This document shows, piece by piece, positions 35,243-45,301 of a DNA stretch of 52,947 nt; positions within the stretch are counted from its first letter, which is position 1; each line of letters begins with the position of its first letter. This stretch comes from a virus (lineage: Duplodnaviria > Caudoviricetes), in the IMG/VR virus record IMGVR_UViG_3300025759_000132, positions 1 to 52,947 of that record. The stretch is one strand, 5' to 3'. The notes below the pieces were generated by a model. The model was given only the letters and a program-made list of their open reading frames with translations. It searched no databases and had not been told where the DNA came from. A program made the translations under genes and the position numbers.

Positions 35243-36616
35243 TTACATTAAGTTGTCGATTTTGATTAGACGATAATATATATTTTTCTTAGCGAAAGCA
35301 ATCGCACCGTCTGCAGCAGTTGTAGCGAATGGGTTAGCAACCATCCCATAACGCGTCTTAAATCCGATTTTGGGTTGGAAGGTATTCTCACCAACTGCAC
35401 GAACCATCTGTAGTGGAACGTATGGGCAATAGAAGAGACCGGCGTCAAATGCGCTTGAACCCTTATAACCCATTGTGGCATACTGTGAACCAGAACCACT
35501 GGCGAAGTATGGATCAACATAAACCTTGATGCGACCATTCATGACACCAGCGAAGGTGTTGCCTGTATCGTCAACGTTTAGGTTGTTGCTGAGAGCAGGT
35601 GTGTAATCTAGAACACCAGCCATCTGAAGTGCGGAAGCAACATCAGAGGAAGTGATTAGAACGTTACCCTTGCCGCGACGAGTTGCTTTGGCAATGGCGT
35701 TTGCTTCACGCTCTAGTTGGAAGATTAGACCCTTGAAGCGTTCAACACTCCAACGACCGTTGGCGTCAACGTCTAGGTCGAAGGTACCGGAAACAGCAGT
35801 GTTTTCTGTTGCACCAGCGGTAGCAGTGTAGTTGATTGTACGAACAACTTCGCGGTTGATTTCAGCAAGAATCTCAGCGGAGAGAATATTGCTGAGTTCT
35901 GTTTCAGCGTCAAGACCATGGATTGCTTTAAGGTCTTGTGCTAGTTCCATTGTGTACTCAGCTTTGAGTGCACGTGACTTAGCAGTAACAGAAACCTTCT
36001 CGATTGAGAAAGCCATTTCTGAGAAGCTGTTGTTATCGGTATCACCAAGAGCTTCAGCAGTGCTTGTTGACATACCCTGGGAAACTGTATAACCAGAACC
36101 AGAAGCACGAGCAGTTGGATCAGCACCAGCTGTTGGTACACCAGCAGAATCAACACCAGTTGAAGCAACACCACCAACAGAGTTGTTAGCAGTTGCTGAG
36201 AAGCTGGATACTGCTTCGTTGTATAGAGCTTCGTCGCCACCCTGTGTAGCGTACTGAGGACGCATCGCAAAGATGAGACCAGTTGGACCAGTCATTGGCT
36301 GGACGCCGGCAACATCATAAGCGATTAGGTTTGGCATGGAACGACGGACGAGAGAGATAAGGACTGGATCGAAGATTTCGATTGGACCTGTACCCTGTGA
36401 GTCAGAAGCGCCAAATGCGTTTGTTGGAGCAGCTTCGCCGAGTAGGCTTGGCGCTTGATAACCACCAGAACCGTAAGCAGCTTCACGTGAAGCCTTCTCT
36501 TGGTTTTCTAGTAGAGTTGCTGTGACGGCACGACGATGAGGATCCTTAATACCTTCTAGGTCTGGATGCTCAAGGACTGGCTGCCACTTCTTGTTTAGTT
36601 CTTCAGATAGAAACAT
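35243..36616 (-). CDS. gp23: Major capsid protein
   Basis: FDPVLISLVRR, GVQPMTGPTGLIFAMR, SRALKAEYTMELAQDLKAIHGLDAE, FYCPYVPLQMVR; late promoter 36656-36663. Confidence 0.98.
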   Translation of the reverse strand: MFLSEELNKKWQPVLEHPDLEGIKDPHRRAVTATLLENQEKASREAAYGSGGYQAPSLLGEAAPTNAFGASDSQGTGPIEIFDPVLISLVRRSMPNLIAYDVAGVQPMTGPTGLIFAMRPQYATQGGDEALYNEAVSSFSATANNSVGGVASTGVDSAGVPTAGADPTARASGSGYTVSQGMSTSTAEALGDTDNNSFSEMAFSIEKVSVTAKSRALKAEYTMELAQDLKAIHGLDAETELSNILSAEILAEINREVVRTINYTATAGATENTAVSGTFDLDVDANGRWSVERFKGLIFQLEREANAIAKATRRGKGNVLITSSDVASALQMAGVLDYTPALSNNLNVDDTGNTFAGVMNGRIKVYVDPYFASGSGSQYATMGYKGSSAFDAGLFYCPYVPLQMVRAVGENTFQPKIGFKTRYGMVANPFATTAADGAIAFAKKNIYYRLIKIDNLM

Positions 36617-36669
36617 TTGAGTTTTCTCCTTACTGTAAAATATCAGCCTTCATATTATTTATAATAATG

Positions 36670-37803
36670 TTACTTTTTAGCAGACTTTGAAATGGCATTC
36701 ATGTATACTGCCATAGCACCTGTTGGACCCGAAACCTCTTCTTCAAGAGAAATAGGATCGTTCTCATCATCGACAACAACCGAAACGGTTTCTTCATCAA
36801 TATCAAAATATTGCGACTTTAACATATCAATTTTCTTTGAAAAGTCTTCTTCGGAAACGAAGTCGATGCCTTCAGCAAGGCCACGAAGTTTTTCAACTTG
36901 TGTATCTGAAAGATCGCCTGTCTTTTCTGCGAAGACAGTTTCTTTTTCAAAATCTTTAACTTTGCCGAGTAGTTCAACGTTCTTGTCAGTCTCTTCATTG
37001 AGTTTACCTTCAAGTTCGTCAACTTTGGCGATTAGTTCTTCAACTACGTCAACTTTTTCTTCTGGGATGTCAACATAGTGCTCTTCGAATAGACCCTTCA
37101 TACCTTTGAGGAAGGACTCAACCATATCGGCTTTAACACCGTTTTCGATGGCGAGTTTGTTTTCTTGGACCCATTCTTGAACAACGTAATCGAGATACTC
37201 ATCAACCTTTTCTGTAAGTTCTTCTGTTAATTGTGTAGAAGTAACTTCTAGATCAGATTCGCTTTCGATAGCAAATTTCTCGACAATTTCGTTAACTTTT
37301 GAAACAACTGCAGCTTCAAAAACTGTTTGAATCTTTTCTTGTGCTTCTTCAGTTAGATCGGCACCCTTGAACATTGCTGTCATATCTTCTGAAAGATCAA
37401 TGTCTTCTGCAGAAATTTTAGCAAGTGGTTTGTACTCGATGGCATCTTCTTCGATGACTTCATCATCAAACTCAACTTCTTCACCATGCATCTTTTTGTA
37501 CATAGCTTGAAGATCAGTTTTTTTCATCTTAGCCATCTCGCCATACATTGCATTGATCATACCAGCTTTTGTTTTCATTTCTGCTGGTTTTGGTTGCTTG
37601 CGTTTAACAGCAGTTGTAGCACTGTCTTCTACATCATGACCAGCTTTGGCACCTTTAGTAACTGCACCTTTGCCAGATTTTGCAACAGGCTCTGGAACTT
37701 CAGAAGGATCACCCATTGAAGCCTTGAACTCTAAAAGATCCTCATCTTCAGGAGTCTCAATGACATCAACGTCCTCCATTACTTCTAAGTCTTGTTCGGA
37801 CAT
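36670..37803 (-). CDS. gp22: Prohead core scaffold protein
   Basis: Acidic coiled coil; YLDYVVQEWVQENKLAIENG, LFEEHYVDIPEEK; late promoter 37844-37851. Confidence 0.92.
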   Translation of the reverse strand: MSEQDLEVMEDVDVIETPEDEDLLEFKASMGDPSEVPEPVAKSGKGAVTKGAKAGHDVEDSATTAVKRKQPKPAEMKTKAGMINAMYGEMAKMKKTDLQAMYKKMHGEEVEFDDEVIEEDAIEYKPLAKISAEDIDLSEDMTAMFKGADLTEEAQEKIQTVFEAAVVSKVNEIVEKFAIESESDLEVTSTQLTEELTEKVDEYLDYVVQEWVQENKLAIENGVKADMVESFLKGMKGLFEEHYVDIPEEKVDVVEELIAKVDELEGKLNEETDKNVELLGKVKDFEKETVFAEKTGDLSDTQVEKLRGLAEGIDFVSEEDFSKKIDMLKSQYFDIDEETVSVVVDDENDPISLEEEVSGPTGAMAVYMNAISKSAKK

Positions 37804-37864
37804 CTGTTTTTCTCCTTATTAAAAAACATTCAGTTTCTATTATTATTTATAAAATCATAATCTT

Positions 37865-38524
37865 TTAGAGTTGTTTCAAGAACTTCAAGAAAGCATTTAC
37901 CTTTGCTTCTTCAAGTTCAGTTTTTGAAACTTTTCGAATCTCTTTTTGAGTTTCTTCGATATACTGAGAAACCCAATTTCCATTAATATCTTGAATCCAG
38001 TCCACACCTTCCATCACACCCTCAACGAAAGCATTAGGAGCAGATGGATCTGCCACAATATCGGCAGCAGTTGCTAACTGAAAATCTGATTGAACTAAAT
38101 TGACACCCTTCTTATCTTTTTTGAGTGTGCCCATGCCACGGGAAGATACACCAAGTTTAGCACCTTCATCCATAAGATTTTTAACGATCTTACCATATGG
38201 AGTTTCGGTCATAATCTTAGCTTTACCCATAATATTATCACCATTACGATTTAATTCTTTAATCATGTGTGATACACGCTCAAGATTAATCGTGGGACCT
38301 TGGGGATGACCTAACTCACCATATGCACGGTTCTGTTCAACGTATTCTTTATTATAACGATTGACTTCTTTTTCTAATGTTTCCATAGGATACATCCGAC
38401 CATTACGGTTCTTGACGTTACCCTGCATGAAAATACCTTCAATGAAATAATTCTTACCACCGTCTTCTTTTGCTTCGGTGACAAATTCTACATCAGATTC
38501 TACCATTTCGGTGATAAGTTTCAT
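37865..38524 (-). CDS. gp21: Prohead protease
   Basis: IEGIFMQ, NRNGRMYP, GELGHP, GVSSRGMG, DIVADPSAP. Confidence 0.96.
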   Translation of the reverse strand: MKLITEMVESDVEFVTEAKEDGGKNYFIEGIFMQGNVKNRNGRMYPMETLEKEVNRYNKEYVEQNRAYGELGHPQGPTINLERVSHMIKELNRNGDNIMGKAKIMTETPYGKIVKNLMDEGAKLGVSSRGMGTLKKDKKGVNLVQSDFQLATAADIVADPSAPNAFVEGVMEGVDWIQDINGNWVSQYIEETQKEIRKVSKTELEEAKVNAFLKFLKQL

Positions 38525-38527
38525 CGA

Positions 38528-38917
38528 TTATTCTCCAGAATTCTTATGCATTTTAAGAATGATATTACCCGCGCCACCAGCAAGAGTAAATACTACATTA
38601 GCAGAAGCAGATGTGTTTGGCGCTTCAAGACGCATTTGGTTTGCTTGGAAATCGTGATAACCACTAAGACCATGTGTGACCCAAACAGTATTTGCGCCAA
38701 CACCATTACCACGAGATAATGTCCAAGTAGCACCAGACACACAGTTCCAGGCTACTTCAGCGATATGCATTGTACTGATTGTTTCACCAGCTGTGTTTGC
38801 TTTACTTACTCCAACAACACCGTTTGAACTTAGAAACCCTGTTGCATCTGAACGAACGACGACAACACCTGTTCCTCTACTGCCTTTATTTTGATTGACT
38901 GTGATTACTTGTGCCAT
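38528..38917 (-). CDS. Conserved hypothetical head-region protein
   Basis: 129 aa beta-rich ORF in the head operon. Confidence 0.65.
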   Translation of the reverse strand: MAQVITVNQNKGSRGTGVVVVRSDATGFLSSNGVVGVSKANTAGETISTMHIAEVAWNCVSGATWTLSRGNGVGANTVWVTHGLSGYHDFQANQMRLEAPNTSASANVVFTLAGGAGNIILKMHKNSGE

Positions 38918-38927
38918 GATTTACCCC

Positions 38928-39494
38928 TCAAACACTCTTAGCGAATTTTACCATCGCTTCAAAAGACTGCTTGTCTTTCATTGCTTCGGCTTCCATTCGT
39001 TTTTTATTAGAAGGATTTAGTTGATCGAAAGCATCATTCAATGCACGAGCATCTGATTCATTTACTTTTACTGTTTCACCAGACTTGAGTTTTAATGAAC
39101 CTTTTTTGAACGCTTCATCAACAAACTCAACTTCTTCTTTAATCTTTGGCATTTTAGTGTCGCCATCAGACTTATCAGCAGCACGTTTAGATGAACCACC
39201 ATAACCACCCATCTTCATAAACTTAGCGTATGTCTTATCGACTTTCTGCCCTGCTTTTTCATGACCGTCATGGTCTTCGCCAGAGTCACTCTTTGGACCT
39301 TTGCGGTCGCCAGTGTGTTGATGTGGTTCAGCAACGGGATGTTCTTTCTTATCGACTGTATGAGAATTAGCGAAATCTTCTTCGCCTTTTGAACGAGGTT
39401 TATACCCCTTCACTTCTTTCTCATCGTCTTTCTTTTGTTTCTGGTCGCTAGCAGGAGAGCCAACAGACTCAACTAAGTTTTTAAACCTCTTCAT
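38928..39494 (-). CDS. Putative prohead core/internal protein
   Basis: Highly charged; N-terminus MKRFKNLVES resembles a capsid-targeting sequence. Confidence 0.6.
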   Translation of the reverse strand: MKRFKNLVESVGSPASDQKQKKDDEKEVKGYKPRSKGEEDFANSHTVDKKEHPVAEPHQHTGDRKGPKSDSGEDHDGHEKAGQKVDKTYAKFMKMGGYGGSSKRAADKSDGDTKMPKIKEEVEFVDEAFKKGSLKLKSGETVKVNESDARALNDAFDQLNPSNKKRMEAEAMKDKQSFEAMVKFAKSV

Positions 39495-39708
39495 CGGCTA
39501 CTTCCTCTGGTTCTAAATCAAAATCTTCTTCTGGAGTAACTTCAATCTCTGGTTCGGCAAAAACAGATTGACCTGCACCAATTTTTTGAACTTCAATAGC
39601 ATCCATTGCTTTATTCATTAATACAGAATTAATCGCATCTTTGAAAGAGTGTGATTCACCATTCTGTAGATTAGTAATAGCATCTCTAATTGTATCAGTA
39701 TCTGACAT
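39481..39708 (-). CDS. Small acidic prohead core protein (gp67-like by position)
   Basis: 75 aa acidic; late promoter 39736-39743. Confidence 0.6.
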   Translation of the reverse strand: MSDTDTIRDAITNLQNGESHSFKDAINSVLMNKAMDAIEVQKIGAGQSVFAEPEIEVTPEEDFDLEPEEVADEEV

Positions 39709-39754
39709 AATATATCCTCCAATATTTATTTCTATTATTTATAAAATTAAATTC

Positions 39755-40396
39755 TTACGAAAAAGCGATATCTTGAGTTTTTGTTGCAATCTTTTTGAGT
39801 TTATCACCAGCGGATTGATTTCTACTTGTATCAATAATATATTGCCAAACATCTTGTGGTACATTAATTAGCCTTGAAGATGCTGCTGTGCCTGACAATT
39901 CTTCCGACCATACACTGTTTACGATTTGATCAATAGCAGCAGGACCAAGAGCAATAGCAGCGGTTTCAACCAAGGTAGACGTATTTAAGTTAATCGTGAT
40001 TGCCCACTTATCTACAGGTGAAACAAAAATAGGACTACCTTCACGAGTGAAGATGTTTCCCGTAACGGTAATAGTATGGTCGCCTTCCCAGGGTCTCATC
40101 CGCCAACCATTTTCTAGGAAGAACGTAGTACCAAGAGTTCTATCGCCAGGAAGAGGGTCACCACCAACTCCTGATATTGCTTCTGGCCATTTAGCATTAG
40201 TTTGATTTGGATCTTGTACCCATTCTTTCCATGCAGAATAAACATCAACCTCAAAATTTAATTCAGTCACCCCTTCATTTACAAGAATTAACTTTTCTTC
40301 ACCCCAAAAAGTTACTTTCTGTTGACCAAAATATAATGGTGGCGCATAGTTTTCCCAAAATTGCCAGTTATTATAATTGAAGAGTAGATTAGGCAT
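39755..40396 (-). CDS. Putative virion structural protein
   Basis: Start trimmed to MPNLLF; VYSAWKEW..GGDPL..FFLENGWR. Confidence 0.65.
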   Translation of the reverse strand: MPNLLFNYNNWQFWENYAPPLYFGQQKVTFWGEEKLILVNEGVTELNFEVDVYSAWKEWVQDPNQTNAKWPEAISGVGGDPLPGDRTLGTTFFLENGWRMRPWEGDHTITVTGNIFTREGSPIFVSPVDKWAITINLNTSTLVETAAIALGPAAIDQIVNSVWSEELSGTAASSRLINVPQDVWQYIIDTSRNQSAGDKLKKIATKTQDIAFS

Positions 40397-40397
40397 C

Positions 40398-42920
40398 TTA
40401 CTGTGTTCTTTCTCTCCAAACCACAGTAGTACGAACATTAACGTTATTCAGAGCAGGTCCAGCATCACCATCATCATCAGGAACGGTATTTGTAAGATTT
40501 CTTGCCATAAATGTCCATGCTTGTCTTGGAGGTGGATTTCCATATAATGCTAGATTTGGACTTGTAAGAATTTCATCAACAGTAAATCCAAGGTCTGAAG
40601 ATTTAAGAGCTAACAACGATGTCCAATAGTCTCTTGTAACTCCAGTATCTAAAGCAACAACAGAAACGTTACCAACACCTGCACCACCTGTTGTTGTATC
40701 AAAGTTTCCAGTAGTGCCTACATCAATAGAAGAACTACCAGGACCACCTTCATCTCTTGCTATAATCCATATTTCTGTTGTTCCAACAATTTTTGCCACA
40801 ATACCGGTAGCACCATTTTGAGAACCACTTGTCATTGTAAGTGTATCACCTAAAGCAGTAGTACCAACTGCGGAAACAGTAAGTTTACGAATTGTACGAT
40901 CATCGTCAATATCTGCTTGTGAACTATATAACCATGCTTCATCTCTATCAATAAGTGATAGATAATACCACAGTGTTTCATTTCCTGAAGTGATATAATC
41001 TACAGAAGCGTAACCGCTTGGTGCTGATGTTTTCAATGTATTACTACCAGCAAAGATTCCAGCAAAATTAAAACCACCGGTACCATTACTAATTACAACT
41101 GGTTGTCTGTCATCAAAATAATGAATACTACTACCAAATAATGGATGAGCTCCAATTTTTATTTTTACTCTATCATAACCCAATGTATACTTATCCGCAT
41201 CTGTGTCAAGTTCTGCAATCGATTGAAAATCGCGAGAAAAGGGTTGGTCAGATAAGTTACGAACCGTATTATACTGAAATGCATTAGTAGAAGAACTGAA
41301 TGAGATTTCTTTGTCACCATCCACAATAAAACGAGCAATCTCTGGACCATGTGCAAGATGGTCTCCAGAATCATCAACATCTACTGTTGGCGCACTTACT
41401 CCACCAGAACTCCAATCGACACCACGCATTATACATTTTGCAAAAACTCTTAATTCAACTGGTCGAGCTGAACCAGTTGTCACATCATAACTACTAACAT
41501 AAAATGTTAATGGTTGATAGACGCTGTGGTTTTCTCTCGTTGATCCTGTATATAATTGTTTTGGAGAAATTGAAAATAAGTATTGTGTCGATGTTTGACT
41601 GGAAAATGCACTATTTGCAGCTGCAATGGCTGGAGTAGTTCCATTACTATAGTAAGTTTTCCAGAATGGTTGTTTTTGAGGTTCTGCCCAAACTTTTCTT
41701 GTAACTTGTTCAGAATACTGTTGCGCTGTAACCAATGGATCTGATTCAGCCTCTGACCAAACTGAACCACCTAATGCCCAAAATTCAGATACGCTACCAG
41801 GATTAGTTCCTTGTGTTGCTTGTGCCCAACACATTGGTCTGTTTGGATTTCTCAATCCATTTGTGTTTGAAATATTTCCACTACCATTTTCACTATCAAT
41901 TTCATGACAAGCAATTCTTTGCCCTTTATAATAAACACCATATCGTGTTCTGCCACCAGCAACGAACTGATAATCAATCCAGTAGATATTAGATTTGGTA
42001 ACATCTAGATTCATACCAGATGGATTAGATTCACCACCGGTACCATCTAATGTATCTAAATTCCAGTCAGATTGGTCAACGCCGTGGTTCACTGTTGGAT
42101 TACCTTCTAGTGTATATCTATGAACAACTCTCAGAGTCGTTCCATTCATTTGAAAGAAATAACCATCAGTAGCATCAAATGCGCCCCAAAGACGAACAAC
42201 ATTTGCTTTACCAGCATCCCCTAGACGAGCACCCAGAACGAATAAATTACCACCACCAATTGTGTGTGCATGGAATAGATTTGATGTGTGTGTTACACGA
42301 GTATTTGTAACATCTGGGCAATACAAACGAACTTGACCATCATCTTCTTGCCATTCTAACAAAACACCATCGCCTTCACGAGAATTTGCAAATTGAGGTT
42401 TTAGTTCACTATGAGTAAAATCATAATTTGCTAGTAGTCTTGGTGCGGAACTACGCAGATTACCAAAAGATGTTACTTCAGGAGGACCGTCTTGGAAAGT
42501 AACTTGTGCTGAACCAAATCGGTCAACGTTTAAACCATAAGATGAGTTATCATATCCAACAATATTATATGCTGGTGTGTATAAATCTTGTGCGTTTGTA
42601 TTTACTGTAGCGATTGTTTCTAAAATATCGTCGTTGTTAGTATCATATTGAATTGATTGATTATCAGAAGCAATATATCCTTCTTCTATTGCTTGGTCAT
42701 TATAACGCCCATATAAAACACCAGTAGTAGAATTTGTTTCATATACACTATGAAGGTTAAATTTAAATGTATTTCCACCGTTACCAGTAATTGTATATTC
42801 TTCATTAATTTGCCAGGTGTGAGATATCTTAGCATCATAGAATATAATAGCATTAGGTACTACTTGTATTCTATCACCAGTACTTTCTGGTGGAATGCGA
42901 GTATAATTTCTAGTTGACAT
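40398..42920 (-). CDS. Large putative virion protein (840 aa, beta-rich, lectin-like region)
   Basis: TRIPPESTG N-terminus; DGYFFQ..QSDWNLDTLDGTG..NIYWIDYQ; late promoter 42952-42959. Confidence 0.65.
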   Translation of the reverse strand: MSTRNYTRIPPESTGDRIQVVPNAIIFYDAKISHTWQINEEYTITGNGGNTFKFNLHSVYETNSTTGVLYGRYNDQAIEEGYIASDNQSIQYDTNNDDILETIATVNTNAQDLYTPAYNIVGYDNSSYGLNVDRFGSAQVTFQDGPPEVTSFGNLRSSAPRLLANYDFTHSELKPQFANSREGDGVLLEWQEDDGQVRLYCPDVTNTRVTHTSNLFHAHTIGGGNLFVLGARLGDAGKANVVRLWGAFDATDGYFFQMNGTTLRVVHRYTLEGNPTVNHGVDQSDWNLDTLDGTGGESNPSGMNLDVTKSNIYWIDYQFVAGGRTRYGVYYKGQRIACHEIDSENGSGNISNTNGLRNPNRPMCWAQATQGTNPGSVSEFWALGGSVWSEAESDPLVTAQQYSEQVTRKVWAEPQKQPFWKTYYSNGTTPAIAAANSAFSSQTSTQYLFSISPKQLYTGSTRENHSVYQPLTFYVSSYDVTTGSARPVELRVFAKCIMRGVDWSSGGVSAPTVDVDDSGDHLAHGPEIARFIVDGDKEISFSSSTNAFQYNTVRNLSDQPFSRDFQSIAELDTDADKYTLGYDRVKIKIGAHPLFGSSIHYFDDRQPVVISNGTGGFNFAGIFAGSNTLKTSAPSGYASVDYITSGNETLWYYLSLIDRDEAWLYSSQADIDDDRTIRKLTVSAVGTTALGDTLTMTSGSQNGATGIVAKIVGTTEIWIIARDEGGPGSSSIDVGTTGNFDTTTGGAGVGNVSVVALDTGVTRDYWTSLLALKSSDLGFTVDEILTSPNLALYGNPPPRQAWTFMARNLTNTVPDDDGDAGPALNNVNVRTTVVWRERTQ

Positions 42921-42960
42921 TAATTGCTCCTAAATGCTTTTTTATTTCATATATTTATAA

Positions 42961-44652
42961 TTATGGATTCGAATACACACGATCAATTGACTGATCAACA
43001 CGTCTTGATGCTCCAGCTGTGCCAGAATTAATGATAAATCTTTCAAGATTGTATTCTACTTTTAATACTTTAACCAAGAAATCATTACTTGGTGAAACAC
43101 TAAATGTAACTGAACCACGATCAAGAGATACGTTGTTTGCTGACAACTCAACACCACCGCCAATCTCAGCGCCAATAGATCCACCTGTAAAATCATACAT
43201 TCTAACTTCACTGTTTACTAACACGTTTTCAATCGTAACGTTTACAGTTGCTGTAATTTCTGTATCAGCACCTGTTCCGTTACGAACTGTTGGTACTGTA
43301 CCGCCTGTAATATTTAATGTAATTGCACGTTCTGAATTATTGAATAATGTAGAATCATTATTGTTATTTGCAGTGCTGTAACCAGAAAATGTGTTATCTG
43401 TAAATGTAAAGTTATTTGTAGAAGCTGTAAATCCTTTTAATGAAGTAATCTCTATTGCATGACCATTTGAGAAAGTAAATGTACTAGATGAAATTTCTGT
43501 TGGTGTCACTGTTTTTACAAACGCTTGATTATCTCTTGTATTGGCATTAACAACACCAATTTTTAACAGTCTTGCTTCATTACCTGTATTGATATGATAT
43601 GATGTATTTGAACTCTGAACTAATTCAGTACAATCAAGAAACGTTGTGGATACAACTTCTGAATTATTATTTGCATTATTAAATGTGATTAAATCACCAT
43701 GGCTAAATGAACTACCATAATGCAAAACAGTGGAAAGATTGTTGTTGGCATTTAAACTCCATCTATAAGCATCAGGTGCCGCTTGAATAGTCCATCCCTG
43801 AGAACCTGTATCATCTGCTGCAGTTGCCCCTGCAGTTTTTATACCTGCTGTAACCGTTAATGAAGAACCGGACACATTAATATGATCAAATTTATATGAA
43901 GTTGTGTTTGCTTTTGGTTGATCATCCCAAAGAAGTGTTCTATTAGTATCTGTAAAAGTATGTGTACTGCTTGTTGTTGTGTTTCCAAATTGAATTGGTG
44001 TAGACAACACAATAGAACCACCAGGACCAGGAATACAGGTAGCAATTTGATTTGTTGAAGTATAACTTAAAACATCATCCCATGTATAAGGAGATCCAGC
44101 GTTTTCTCCTTCGATGATGATACCAGGACTTGTATATGGACGGCGATATATAGCATCAATCCAGTGATTATCTGCTTTTGCCATAGCACCAATCTCTGAA
44201 ACATAACCAACTCTTTGAATTGCTGTAGTTGCAGGTGGAGTACCACCAGTTCTTGTTGGCGTACCTTCAATATCGACGACAAATTGATACCAACCCTTAC
44301 CAGCAGATGTTGCTGGCCAATCAGCATTACCAGTAGCAACTTGAAATTCTATAAAGTCAGTTGCAGTAGCACCAGTGAATCTAAATGCAAGCGCATTATT
44401 AGTTAACTGCCCGATGACACCAACTTGCATTAAAAAATAAAATTCGTTATTTGACCAATCTTGTGTTGTAACCGCATCATAAAAAACAAACGCTTCAGCG
44501 TTTTGTATAGGAGAAGTGATACTGTTTGTTCCTTGATAAACAGTAGCAGAATCTAATGATATGCCACCAAAACCACCACCGCCACCAGAAGTACCCCAGT
44601 TCGTCAATGCTTCAGCGGCGTCTACTAATATTCTACCGTCTTTAATTGCCAT
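42961..44652 (-). CDS. Putative virion protein (563 aa, beta-helix-like, Thr/Asn-rich)
   Basis: Composition; C-terminus DRVYSNP. Confidence 0.65.
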   Translation of the reverse strand: MAIKDGRILVDAAEALTNWGTSGGGGGFGGISLDSATVYQGTNSITSPIQNAEAFVFYDAVTTQDWSNNEFYFLMQVGVIGQLTNNALAFRFTGATATDFIEFQVATGNADWPATSAGKGWYQFVVDIEGTPTRTGGTPPATTAIQRVGYVSEIGAMAKADNHWIDAIYRRPYTSPGIIIEGENAGSPYTWDDVLSYTSTNQIATCIPGPGGSIVLSTPIQFGNTTTSSTHTFTDTNRTLLWDDQPKANTTSYKFDHINVSGSSLTVTAGIKTAGATAADDTGSQGWTIQAAPDAYRWSLNANNNLSTVLHYGSSFSHGDLITFNNANNNSEVVSTTFLDCTELVQSSNTSYHINTGNEARLLKIGVVNANTRDNQAFVKTVTPTEISSSTFTFSNGHAIEITSLKGFTASTNNFTFTDNTFSGYSTANNNNDSTLFNNSERAITLNITGGTVPTVRNGTGADTEITATVNVTIENVLVNSEVRMYDFTGGSIGAEIGGGVELSANNVSLDRGSVTFSVSPSNDFLVKVLKVEYNLERFIINSGTAGASRRVDQSIDRVYSNP

Positions 44653-45076
44653 TTTTTGTTACTCTATCATAAAGAACAATACCAGCAGAAGTCCATGAAA
44701 ACAATTCTCCTACTGTGTCAATATAAATTTTATTTTGTATTGTAGTATCGGTATCAATCTGTAAAAAACCATCGTTATTACCAAAACAATAACAACAATC
44801 ATTCGGGTGTGTATATGTGGAAAGAGAAGTTTCACCTGGCAAATATTTTGCTTCTTTTGGTGATACAACAATTAAAGGTTCTAAAATTTTAGAATAAGAA
44901 GAAATAAATTCAAGTGTTTTATTTTTTACGGCAAAATGTAATGCCCATTCATTACTTTCTGGATATATGTTTTCTCCAATAAAATATATTTTATCAATTG
45001 ACCAATTGTTAAAAATATAATTCCATTGAAGTCGATACTCAGATTGGTTTGAGTATGGAATACACACCGAAAGCAT
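44642..45076 (-). CDS. SPOUT (SpoU/TrmH-like) methyltransferase-like protein
   Basis: YTHP..YCFGNNDG..IYI..LFSWTSAGIVLYDR resembles the SPOUT knot region. Confidence 0.45.
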   Translation of the reverse strand: MLSVCIPYSNQSEYRLQWNYIFNNWSIDKIYFIGENIYPESNEWALHFAVKNKTLEFISSYSKILEPLIVVSPKEAKYLPGETSLSTYTHPNDCCYCFGNNDGFLQIDTDTTIQNKIYIDTVGELFSWTSAGIVLYDRVTKNGN

Positions 45077-45082
45077 TATGAA

Positions 45083-45286
45083 TTACTCCGCTAAGAATTG
45101 TTTCTCTTCTTGAAGAGATTCCTCCTCCAAAGTTTTCTTTAAAGTTAAAACATCTTCGAGTTGAAAAGTCCAAACGAGGGTGTCTTGGTCCACCCCCGCT
45201 TGGATACGATTCAATTGTACAAGAAACATCAACTCATCTGAAGTTTTACCAAGAACTTCTGCGGCTTGTGCTAATGATATATTCAT
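45083..45286 (-). CDS. Excisionase/MerR-like HTH protein
   Basis: ISLAQAAEVLG..IQA..WTF..DV. Confidence 0.55.
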   Translation of the reverse strand: MNISLAQAAEVLGKTSDELMFLVQLNRIQAGVDQDTLVWTFQLEDVLTLKKTLEEESLQEEKQFLAE

Positions 45287-45301
45287 AATTTACCTTTTTT
45301 A

